From Bryobacterales bacterium (GTDB lineage: Bacteria; Acidobacteriota; Terriglobia; Bryobacterales; UBA6623), in NCBI GenBank assembly GCA_965116065.1, contig OZ220485.1, positions 3,112,989 through 3,176,988 of the forward strand: a DNA stretch of 64,000 bases. Direction: 5' to 3'. Of the stretch, positions 17,882 through 26,338 are shown piece by piece; position 1 is the first letter of the stretch, and each line of letters starts with the position of its first letter. The position numbers were made by a program, and so were the translations under genes. The notes under the pieces are model-generated. The model made no database searches and was not told where the DNA came from. It saw only the letters and a list, made by a program, of their open reading frames with translations.

Positions 17882-19804
17882 TCACGGCAGCCGTCCCCGA
17901 TACTTCTCCCCCACCTCCCCACGCGAGGCTCCATGCTCCAACAACACCCGCATTGCATCCTCCGCGTCTTTCATCGCCGCCGAGTGCAGCGGCGTCTCGC
18001 CGTCTTTGTCCTTCGCATCCACCGCAGCCCCCGCCCCCAACAGCTCCCGCACCACCCCCTCCGCGTTGCTCCACGCCGCCATGTGCAGCGGCGTCTGGCC
18101 GTACTTGTCCTTCGCATCCACCGCAGCCCCCGCCCCCAACAGCTCCCGTGCCACCTCCTCCGCGTTGTTCCACGCCGCCATGTGCAGCGGCGTCCTGCCG
18201 TCCTTGTCCTTCGCATCCACCGCAGCCCCCGCCCCCAACAGCTCCCGTGCCACCTCCTCCGCGTTGTTCGACGCCGCATCGTGCAGCGGCGTATCGCCGT
18301 ACTTGTCCTTCACATCCACCGCCACCCCCGCCGCCAGCAACTCCCGTGCCACCCCCTCCAAGTTGTTATCCGCCGCCCACTGCAGCCCGGTCTCGCCCTC
18401 GACGGCCCTCGCGTCCGCCAACTCCCGTACCCGCCCCCGCGCCCCCTCCGCATGACGACCCTCCGGATACTCCCGCAAATACCCCATGAAACCCTCCAGC
18501 CTGTTGCCCGCCGTGGCCACCCTCCACGCCTCCTCCTCCCGGTACTGCCCCAGACGCCGCTGCGCCAACTCCACGTATATCCCCCCCGGATACGCCCGCA
18601 CATACGCCGCATAATCCTCCGGATCCCGACTCTCCCTGATCTCCTCCCACAACGCCCGGTCCCCCTCCAGATCCCGCCGCTCCGGATCCGACGAACCGCC
18701 CGCGGAACCGGCGCTCCCTCCTCCCACCGACGACTCCCCCGCACCACCCCCCAGCGACTCCAACCGCCTCCGTGCGAAATCCGCGAACTCGCCCTCCGGA
18801 TATCTCCGCAGATAATCCTCGTAGTCCTCCCCTCTCCCGCCCCTCTCGGCCGACTCCCAGTACCTCAATTCCGTCTGTCTATCCACCACATCCATCCCGG
18901 ACACCGAATCACTAGTTCCCACCCCGCTGGCCGGCCCCTCCGGTTCCCCCGCCAGATAGTACTTCTCCCGTAACGAACTGTACTCGTGCGGAACCTGTGC
19001 CTCCTCCGTCGTCGCCGCCACCTGCTTGCGCACCTCCTGAAACACGTCCCGCAGATCCTGCTGCCGCAGCAGCTGTTCCTTCAGGGCCGCCGTGTACGGG
19101 CTGTTCCGCTGCCCCTCTTCTCCGTCGTCCGCCAGCTTCCCGGCCGCCGCCGCATACGCCACCAGCGTCTCCCTGCCCAGTCGACTCGTTTGCAGTGCAC
19201 CGAAACCGCCGTTGCTCACGCTGCCCGACCGCGTGCGCTTCATCCTCCTGATCGCCGGCAGATTCCGGCAGGCATCCAGGATCACCAGGTGCAGTCCGTC
19301 CCCGGACATGCTCCCCAGCACGTCCTCCCGCAACTGCAGTCCGTCATGCATCAGATCCGTGTCCCGGGACAGCTTCGCATCCACCGGCAGCAGGTAGTTC
19401 ACACCGTCCATCTCCAGACCATGCCCCGCGTAGAAGATCAGCCCTATCCCCGCCTTCTCGCTCCGCTCCGCAAACCCCTTCAGTGCCGACCGGAACTCCT
19501 CATGCGACGCGTCCTCCAACTTCGTCACACGGAAACCCAGTCCCTCCAGCACCTCCGCGATGTCTCTCGCATCGTTGACGGGGTTCGACAACACACCGAT
19601 GTGCTCATAGGCGTTGTTGCCCACCACCAGCGCCACCCGCTTCTCTCCTGCACCACCAGATCCCCCGGATCCTCGCTGGACCGGCTGCCCCCCCTCTTGC
19701 ACCACCGTTCCCGGTTGCCTCGAAAACTCCTCCGGCTGCGTGCAGGCCCCGATCACCACCACCAGCACCGCCAACGCCACGCGCAACCCACCCCTCAACA
19801 CCAT
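17882..19804 (-). CDS. Caspase-like (peptidase C14) lipoprotein with three YxxYPxG-type helical repeats and about five C-terminal ankyrin repeats
   Basis: ORF 17882..20200. I prefer ATG 19804 (MVLRGGLRVALAVLVVVIGAC, lipobox-like). The caspase motifs are ALVVGNNAY, FYAGHGLE (catalytic His) and VILDACRN (catalytic Cys). The helical repeats are YLRRYPEGEFADFARRRL, YVRAYPGGIYVELAQRRL and YLREYPEGRHAEGARGRV. The ankyrin units read DKxGxTPLHxAAxxNAEEVARELLGAGAAVDAK. Confidence 0.85.
   Translation of the reverse strand: MVLRGGLRVALAVLVVVIGACTQPEEFSRQPGTVVQEGGQPVQRGSGGSGGAGEKRVALVVGNNAYEHIGVLSNPVNDARDIAEVLEGLGFRVTKLEDASHEEFRSALKGFAERSEKAGIGLIFYAGHGLEMDGVNYLLPVDAKLSRDTDLMHDGLQLREDVLGSMSGDGLHLVILDACRNLPAIRRMKRTRSGSVSNGGFGALQTSRLGRETLVAYAAAAGKLADDGEEGQRNSPYTAALKEQLLRQQDLRDVFQEVRKQVAATTEEAQVPHEYSSLREKYYLAGEPEGPASGVGTSDSVSGMDVVDRQTELRYWESAERGGRGEDYEDYLRRYPEGEFADFARRRLESLGGGAGESSVGGGSAGSAGGSSDPERRDLEGDRALWEEIRESRDPEDYAAYVRAYPGGIYVELAQRRLGQYREEEAWRVATAGNRLEGFMGYLREYPEGRHAEGARGRVRELADARAVEGETGLQWAADNNLEGVARELLAAGVAVDVKDKYGDTPLHDAASNNAEEVARELLGAGAAVDAKDKDGRTPLHMAAWNNAEEVARELLGAGAAVDAKDKYGQTPLHMAAWSNAEGVVRELLGAGAAVDAKDKDGETPLHSAAMKDAEDAMRVLLEHGASRGEVGEKYRGRLP
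17975..18400 (-). repeat. Tandem 99-bp (33-codon) ankyrin-encoding DNA repeats, about 4 units of high identity
   Basis: The landmark GTCCTTC(G/A)CATCCACC recurs at 18008, 18107, 18206 and 18305, exactly 99 bp apart. The middle units differ at only a handful of positions. Confidence 0.85.
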
Positions 19805-20022
19805 CCCGCTCCGGGCCGGTCTCCGGCACTGCCCGCTCCAACCCCCTGTCACGGCACCGCCACGCCTGCTTCGCTCTTCCATCACTTCACCCGCTCCTTG
19901 ATCCAGCCGATGCACGGCGCCACTCGCGTGTACACCCCGTAGGCCTCCGCCTCTCCCGAGGAAACAACGACACCGCATCCTAGCCATCATACCCCCACCA
20001 CCACTCCACCTCCCTCCAACCA

Positions 20023-20036
20023 CCCCCCCCCCCCCC
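20023..20036. repeat. Homopolymeric C14 tract (G14 on the caspase coding strand) inside a C-rich block
   Basis: I counted 14 consecutive C directly from the sequence. The tract lies ~220 bp upstream of the preferred caspase start, and the surrounding 19985-20040 is ACCCCCACCACCACTCCACCTCCCTCCAACC-rich. Confidence 0.9.
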
Positions 20037-20239
20037 GCGTGCTCCGCTCCGCGCCCAGCGCCCCTCCGACAACCCACGCCCACATCACCCGTCGGAAACC
20101 CACAGCCGCGGCCCCGCGCCCACCACGCCTCGCGATGCCCTCCGACTCTCCGGTGTACCAATGTCTGACCCGACCGATCTCTCCCCGACGGTTCCACCAC
20201 TGCACCACCAACCCCGACCAGACGTATCCCGGCCTAACC

Positions 20240-20502
20240 GGTGGAGTCGTGCATCACCTCACGCTTCGGGACGGCCGCATCAAAGCACATCTGCTCGGAC
20301 CGCAGAATCCGTTCCACAAGTCCCGGCCCGACTCCAACATACCCTTCGCTGTGGACGTGGATGCCAACCACGATGCGGTGCTGGTGACCGTGCAGGCGAG
20401 AGGTTCCTGCTGCAACGAGGCCAGTACAGCCCCTGGATCAAGGTGCGGTTCGACATGGCGTCGTCGCTCGTGGGTGTCGCGGGCATCTGCCGCATGTTCC
20501 TT
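20240..20502 (+). pseudogene. Internal fragment of an alkaline-phosphatase/nucleotide-pyrophosphatase-superfamily gene, frameshifted and truncated by the IS
   Basis: Two frames together read GGVVHHLTLRDGRIKAHLLGPQNPF...IPFAVDVDANHDAVLVTVQ and then ERFLLQRGQYSPWIKVRFDM...VAGICRMFLQ. This resembles the central region of type I phosphodiesterase-family proteins by recall. The frame runs into the IS terminus at 20503. Confidence 0.4.
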
Positions 20503-22835
20503 CAGACATCCTGACCTCGGAAGGCTGGTCATAAGCCCGCCATAGGCTGAATCCCATTGTAATACACGACTTTCGGTGGCGTGGGGAGGCTTGACAGTAA
20601 ATATGGATTTCAGTCAGGATAGTGATACCGGAAACACCCATGAACACCCTGCCACTCACCCCCGGTGCGGCCGTACCGATCGGACAGTCCTGTTCCTCCC
20701 TCACCACTACCGAGGACGGGCTGATGATCTACTTCGCGCACATGGACCCCTTCGATTTTCACGACGCCGAGGATCGGGGAGCGCTGCTGCTGCGGGCGGC
20801 GCGACTGGCGGAAAACGGGGTGCGGCGGGCGGACCTGCAGGCCGCCTTCGGTCTCGGTCGTGCGACCTTGCAGCGGGCGGTGACCCGCTTGCGCCAGGAG
20901 GGGGAAGCGAGTTTCCAGCAGGTGCGTCCAGGGCGCCGGTCTCGCGTGCTGGTGGGTGCCCGGCAGGCGGCGGCGACCCGGCGGCTGGCGCAGGGGCTGA
21001 GCGGAGCGGAAGTGGCCCGGCGGCTGGGGGTGAAAGTCGGGACGGTGAATGCGAATCGGCGGCAGGGGCGCATCGGGCCGGCGAGTGGAGAGGCGCTGGC
21101 CACGACCGCCGGGAATACTGAGGAAGTGGCCGATCCGGATGATGTCATGACGGAACCGGAGGGTGCGAAGGACGGGGCGGAGGCCCCTACGGCCAGCGCC
21201 CGGACGTGTTGGACCGCAGCGCGCCGATGGGCCGGGGTGCCCGGGATCGTGCCGGACGGGTGGCCGCCTCGACGGGTCCGCTGACCGCCATGCAGCCGCG
21301 CTTTCCCGAACGCCTCTCGGCGGTGGTCGGCGGCGGCGTCCTGGCCGCCCTGCCGATGCTGCTGCGCAAGGGGCTGCTCAAGCGCGCCGCCGAGTTCCTG
21401 GAACTGCCCAAGGGGTACTACGGGTTGACCAGCATGCTGCTGTTGCTGAGCTTCCTGTTGCTGGCGCGGGTGCGCAACGCTGAAGCGCTGCGCCATCAGG
21501 CCCCGGGAGAATGGGGGCTCTGCTGGGGCTGGACCGCTGTCCGGAGGTGAAGACCCTGCGGGCCAAGGTGCGGGCACTGGCCGACGATGCACAGCAGGTC
21601 CGGGCCTGGCTGGATGCGCTGGCGCAGGACTGGCTGGCGGACGCTGCGGAGGTGGCGGCCACCCTGGCGGTGGACGGGCACGTCAAGGTCTACACCGGTC
21701 GCAAGGGACGCTTGCCGAAGCACTTCGTGGCGCGGCAGAAACTCTGCCTGCCGGCGACGACCAGCTACTGGGTCAACGCGCTGGGCGGGCTGCCGCTGCT
21801 GTGCCTGCACAAGGATCTGGACCCGCGTCTAACGCAGGCGCTGGAACAGGACATCCTCTCGGCGCTGGAGCGGTTGGGCCACAGGGCGTGGACCTGACCA
21901 CCGACACGGAGGCCGAGCCGGCCCTGACGCTGGTCTTCGACCGGGAAGGCTGGAGTCCGGCCCTGTTCCGGCGGCTCGCCCGCCGGGGCGTCGCCGTGCT
22001 GACCTGGCACAAGAACTTCCGGGGTGCCGACTGGCCGGAGGCCGACTTCCGGACCGCCAGGCTGCCCCTGCACGGACCCGGGAGCACGCGCACGCTCGAG
22101 GTGCGCCTGGCCGAGCAGCGGGTGCGCCTGCCGCAAGGTCCCGAGGTGCGCCAGATCCGCCGGCTGCTGGACGATGGTCGGCAACTCGCCCTGATCACCA
22201 CCAACTTCTCCCTGTCCCGCGAGCAGGCCGCCGGCGCGCTGTTCTCGCGCTGGTCGCAGGAGAACTTCTTCAAGTACATGCGGGAAGAGTTCCGACTCGA
22301 CAGCCTGCCGGTACAGGGTCTGGCCGCCCACGACCCGCAGGCCCGGGTCGTCAATCCCGCCTGGCGGGAGCAGGACCGCGAACTCCGCCGGCTGCGCAGC
22401 CAACTCGGCACCCTGCGCAATCGCCAGGCCGCCCTGCTGCGCGGCACGCCCTCCGCGAGTGCCCGTCAGCGCGCCGAGCAGACCCGCCTCGAGAGCGAGG
22501 CGCTGGTCGCCCGCTGTGACGAGGTGCAGCGGCAATGCGGGGAACTGCCCCGGCCGCGAGAGACTGTTGCTCGATATCCTGCGCATGATCGCCTACCGCG
22601 CCGAGACGCGCATGATGGCCGCCGTGGCGGCGGCCCAAGGCCAGCAGCCCCGGCCCCGCCCGCCCCTCAAGGCGCTCTTCCAGTCCGACGCCGACATCCT
22701 GCCGGGGCCCGAACAGGGCATCCTGCGGGTGCGGATCCTCGGCACCTCCCTGCGCCTGGTCTACGAACTCCCTCCCAACCCCTCCCTCAACCTCGCCTCG
22801 GGCTCACGTTCTTAACCCCGAGGTCAGGATCTCTG
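20503..22835 (+). mobile_element. Full-length (2333-bp) insertion sequence of an IS4-like/unclassified DDE family, the parent type of miniature copies A-C
   Basis: The terminal inverted repeats are CAGACATCCTGACCTCGG (20503) and CCGAGGTCAGGATCTCTG (ending 22835). The transposase reading frame spans the interior. Confidence 0.8.
20622..22815 (+). pseudogene. DDE transposase broken by at least four frameshifts
   Basis: The coding signal hops across ORFs 20622..21284, 21206..21550, 21511..21897, 21801..22889 and 22459..22815 (frames 0,2,1,0,1). It contains an HTH-like N-terminus, VDGHVKVYTG, LVFDREGWS, FSRWSQENFFKYMREEF and DILRMIAYRAETRMM. Confidence 0.75.
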
Positions 22836-22851
22836 AACCTACGGCCGCGGC

Positions 22852-24144
22852 TCACTCGTCGTCGTTCATGCCGTGGAACTCGAGCGTGACATCGACGAGG
22901 CCGCGGGGCTCATCCGTTGCCAGCCGCCAGGACGTGCGCTTGAGATTCTCGAACATTGCGTCCGTCTTGATGCGTTCGAGAAAGTAGGCCGGGTACCGGA
23001 TGTCGAACGGCTCACCCGCCGCCATCCCCCAGCGCTTGCGGACGGCAGGCTCCGAGAGAATATCCAAGCCGTCGATGAGCAACCGGGAGAACCGGTACTG
23101 CGTGCCCGCTGCGATCTGGATCTCCAGATCAACCCGGTGCTCTCCGTGGTCGACATGCTCGTCGAACGTCGCCTGCGCCTTCATGTACCCCTGACGCTTC
23201 ATTCCCTCGCCGATGGCGGCCATCGTGTCATACGCCGCCTTGATATTCGCAACCTGCCCGGAGGTGATGAGGTTCACCTTGCGCAGGCTTTCCTCGTCGA
23301 TGGGCATCGGATCGGGCCAGGCAATGTCACCGAACAGGTACACCTCCCCCTGCTGAACCCGTACGTCGACGAGCAGGCCCGCGGAATCCGGATCCGGACT
23401 CGTCTCGCATGGACAGAAGGTCACGTCCATGTAGCCCCTTTCGGTGTAGAGTGGCCTGGCATTGTAGTGCAGCAGCTCCCGGAAGCGAGCTTCCGAATAC
23501 GGTTCTCCGACCGCCGCCTGGTTGAAGGCGCGCTGCAGGTCCAGGGGATCGACATCCCCCGTGCCATGGAACCGGGTGAACGCGATGTTCATGGTCTCCC
23601 GCTCGGGTCCGATCAACATCTCGTAGTGTCCCTCGCCGGCAGGAACGATGTTGGCGACCACTTCTTCGGTTCCGCCCTGTTCCTTCCACCAGGCCTCCAG
23701 GTGACTGACGAGGGTCCGGACCATCGGCCCCCCGCCCGTCACCAGGCCGACGAACAATGGCATCCGCTCCCTGAGCCTCGCATTGAGCGTCTCGACCGGT
23801 GTGTCGAATCCCTCGAACCGAACCGGGAACAGCTCGGGCACCTCCTGCACGGTGATCGTCAGCAGGTAGCCGTCACCCATCGGACCGAACCGGTACTGCA
23901 GGCGTTCGAAGACACCCGTCTCGTTGAGCCGCCGCAAGACGAGTTCGAAGTCCGCCTTCCGCACGGGTTGGCCCAGTTTCAGCCCGACCACGGGAGCCAG
24001 GTCCTCATCGGTGAACCTCGCGTTGCCTTCGAACTCAATCCCTCGCAAGGGAAACGTGTCCTCCGCCACAGCGCCGGCAGCACAAGCCAACACGAACAGC
24101 AGCAGGCTTTGCGCCGAGGATCGGGCGGGCGGCAACGGCTTCAT
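22852..24144 (-). CDS. Secreted POTRA-repeat protein without an evident beta-barrel domain
   Basis: The 430-aa ORF has the signal LLLFVLACAAGAVA. It has POTRA-like units (IEFEGNARFTDEDLAPVVGLKLGQPV..., LIDGLDILSEPAVRKRWGMAAGEPFD...VDVTLEF). The stop codon lies 17 nt from the IS right end. Confidence 0.7.
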   Translation of the reverse strand: MKPLPPARSSAQSLLLFVLACAAGAVAEDTFPLRGIEFEGNARFTDEDLAPVVGLKLGQPVRKADFELVLRRLNETGVFERLQYRFGPMGDGYLLTITVQEVPELFPVRFEGFDTPVETLNARLRERMPLFVGLVTGGGPMVRTLVSHLEAWWKEQGGTEEVVANIVPAGEGHYEMLIGPERETMNIAFTRFHGTGDVDPLDLQRAFNQAAVGEPYSEARFRELLHYNARPLYTERGYMDVTFCPCETSPDPDSAGLLVDVRVQQGEVYLFGDIAWPDPMPIDEESLRKVNLITSGQVANIKAAYDTMAAIGEGMKRQGYMKAQATFDEHVDHGEHRVDLEIQIAAGTQYRFSRLLIDGLDILSEPAVRKRWGMAAGEPFDIRYPAYFLERIKTDAMFENLKRTSWRLATDEPRGLVDVTLEFHGMNDDE

Positions 24145-24186
24145 CCAGGGTCCCCTCTTGATCGGACAGGCCCGGCGGCCCTCTCG

Positions 24187-25950
24187 TTACGCGTAGAGTC
24201 CCTCAATCTGATCGGCGTACTTCTCGTTGACCTGGCGCCTGCGGACCTTCATGGTCGGGGTGAGTTCGCCACCGTCGATGGAGAACTCGTTCGGGAGTAG
24301 AGCGATCTTCTTGATCCGCTCGTGGGGGGCCATCACCGAGCACAGGCTCTCCACTTCCGCCATCACGTGAGCATGGACAGCGGACTTCGCACACAGGTCG
24401 TCGTTGCCGGAGAACTCGATTCCCTCCGCACTGGCCCAGGCTTGCAAGGCGTCGAAATCGGGAACGATCAAGGCGCTCGGGAAATTCCGCCGCTCGGCGA
24501 TCACGACCGCAGTCTCGATCAACCCGCTGCTCTTGAGTTGGTTCTCGACAGGGGCCGGGGCGATGTACTTGCCGCCCGAAGTCTTGAAGAGATCCTTCTT
24601 CCGGTCCGTGATGGAAAGGTAGCCCTCGGCGTCCAGCAAGCCGATATCACCGGTGAGGAGCCACTCCCCATCCATGACGTCCGCCGTCTGGTCCTCCATC
24701 TTGAAGTACCCCTGCATGATGTTCGGGCCGCGCACCACGATCTCTCCATCGTCGGCGATTCGGACCTCGACGTTCGGAATGATCTTTCCGACCGTACCGA
24801 ACTTGCAATTCTCGACCGTGTTGATGGAGACCAGTGGTGACGTCTCGGTGAGTCCATAGGCCTCGTAGATGGGCAGCCCCAACGCGTGGAAGAACTCGGC
24901 CAGGTGCCGGGCGAGCGGGGCCGCACCGGAAACAAACATGCGGATCCTGCCGCCCAATCGACCCCGCAGCTTCTTGAACACCAGCGCTTCCGCCAGTCCG
25001 TGCTGCAGGGACAGGAGCACCGGAAGCGGCCGGTCGGTGAGCCGGTAGGGTGTAGCAGCCTTGCCAACGCCGACCGCCCAGTGGAAGATCGTCCGGCGGA
25101 GCGCGGGGGCGTCCGCCATCGCTGCCATGACTCTCCCGTACACCTTCTCGAAGAAGCGCGGGACGCCGACCGCGATGGTGGGTTTCACCTCGTTCATGTT
25201 GAGCGGCACGGTCTCGATGGACTCGGCGTAGGCCACGGTGGCCCCCGCGTTGAAATAGACATAGTCGGCCAGTCGCTCGGCGACATGGCACAGCGGCAGG
25301 AAGGACAGGGCCACATCGTCGCTGGCAACCGGGAGGGTCGAATCCCTGACATTAGTGGCGATGTTCCCATGCGAGAGCATGACACCCTTCGGAACACCCG
25401 TGGTACCCGACGTATAGATGATGCTCGCCAGGTCGCCAGGCCGGACGGCTTCGACGGTATCGTCGAACAGAGCCCGGCCGTCGGCGTCGACCTCGGACTC
25501 GCCGATCAGCGTATCGAGACGCGTGACGCCGTCGCTGTCGACCGCATCGAATGCCACGACAAGCTCCAGGTTCGGCAACCTGTCACGAACCTCCAGGATC
25601 TTGTCCACCTGTTCCTGCGTGGAGCAGAAGACCGCCTTGGAGTCCGAATGCTCCAGCAGATAATGGACCTGGTGGGCCGGGAGCGTCGGGTAGATCGGGA
25701 CACTGACGACACCCGCCGTCATCATTGCGAAGTCCGCAACGGCCCATTCCCAGCGATTCTCGGAGATCAGGGCGCACTTGTCGCCGCCCTTGATGCCGGC
25801 TGCACTGAGCGCCAGGTGCAGGTTCGTCACCCGGCGCTCCATCTCTGTCGAGGAGATCGGCTGATACGATCCGTTCTCCTTCGTGAGCATTGCAGCCGAT
25901 TTCCCGTGACTGATGGCAACTCTGTACAGGCTGGCGAGCGTCTCGTCCAT
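24187..25950 (-). CDS. Long-chain fatty-acid--CoA ligase (AMP-dependent synthetase)
   Basis: The 587-aa ORF contains YTSGTTGVPKGVMLSH, YEAYGLTETS, TGDIG..D.EGYLSITDRKKD and GGKYIAP. Confidence 0.9.
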   Translation of the reverse strand: MDETLASLYRVAISHGKSAAMLTKENGSYQPISSTEMERRVTNLHLALSAAGIKGGDKCALISENRWEWAVADFAMMTAGVVSVPIYPTLPAHQVHYLLEHSDSKAVFCSTQEQVDKILEVRDRLPNLELVVAFDAVDSDGVTRLDTLIGESEVDADGRALFDDTVEAVRPGDLASIIYTSGTTGVPKGVMLSHGNIATNVRDSTLPVASDDVALSFLPLCHVAERLADYVYFNAGATVAYAESIETVPLNMNEVKPTIAVGVPRFFEKVYGRVMAAMADAPALRRTIFHWAVGVGKAATPYRLTDRPLPVLLSLQHGLAEALVFKKLRGRLGGRIRMFVSGAAPLARHLAEFFHALGLPIYEAYGLTETSPLVSINTVENCKFGTVGKIIPNVEVRIADDGEIVVRGPNIMQGYFKMEDQTADVMDGEWLLTGDIGLLDAEGYLSITDRKKDLFKTSGGKYIAPAPVENQLKSSGLIETAVVIAERRNFPSALIVPDFDALQAWASAEGIEFSGNDDLCAKSAVHAHVMAEVESLCSVMAPHERIKKIALLPNEFSIDGGELTPTMKVRRRQVNEKYADQIEGLYA

Positions 25951-26038
25951 TCGGGCACCTCCAGAATGGGAATGTTACCACGGGAGAGAGACTTCGGGAC
26001 AAGCCCGTCCCGGACGATAGACTGGCAGTTCGAAGGCC

Positions 26039-26248
26039 ATGTCGATCCAGCAAGAGCACACTGTGCCAATCGATTACGAGAGATCGAATGAGGCCCGCGG
26101 GGTCACCATCTCTCGCGAAGAGGCCCAGCATCTGCAACGTGTTCTGTCACCGCTGGTCGAGGAGTGCCGCACTTGCTTCAGCATCGACCTTGGCCTGGTC
26201 GATCCGATCGGCACGTTTCGGCTCGCCGCTGTCCCCGATCGCGACTGA
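26039..26248 (+). CDS. Hypothetical small protein (69 aa)
   Basis: This ORF sits in an otherwise empty 390-bp gap. Third-position GC is about 75% by hand count. I recognised no motif. Confidence 0.3.
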   Translation: MSIQQEHTVPIDYERSNEARGVTISREEAQHLQRVLSPLVEECRTCFSIDLGLVDPIGTFRLAAVPDRD

Positions 26249-26338
26249 GGAATCACTCACGCCTACAGACGCCGCTCCCGCCGCGAAGCCATCCGGAACC
26301 GGCCCCGATTGAGGGCCAAGCGCCCCGGTGGGGTGCCT

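Noticed and set aside
17975-18400. Regularly spaced repeats that could be mistaken for a CRISPR array
   Set aside because: The period is 99 bp with no unique spacers, and the whole unit repeats. It is in frame and encodes ankyrin repeats.
17362-18973. Two long proline-rich plus-strand ORFs (375 and 466 aa) with PPPxP repeats
   Set aside because: They are the reverse-complement reading of the ankyrin and caspase gene. Their repeats merely mirror the 99-bp ankyrin DNA repeats, and the minus-strand frame has clear catalytic and ankyrin motifs.
19805-20200. 132-codon N-terminal extension of the caspase ORF
   Set aside because: The translation is Gly/Arg-rich and includes the homopolymer read as GGGG. 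The internal ATG at 19804 yields a clean lipoprotein-type signal. The extension stays open by chance in G-rich DNA, although a phase-variable upstream start cannot be fully excluded.
22873-24300. 475-aa plus-strand ORF
   Set aside because: It is antisense to the POTRA protein gene and has no motifs. The same reasoning applies to 29604..31556 (antisense to serS), 60873..62108 (antisense to the oxidoreductase) and 31387..32823 (antisense to the hydrolase fusion).
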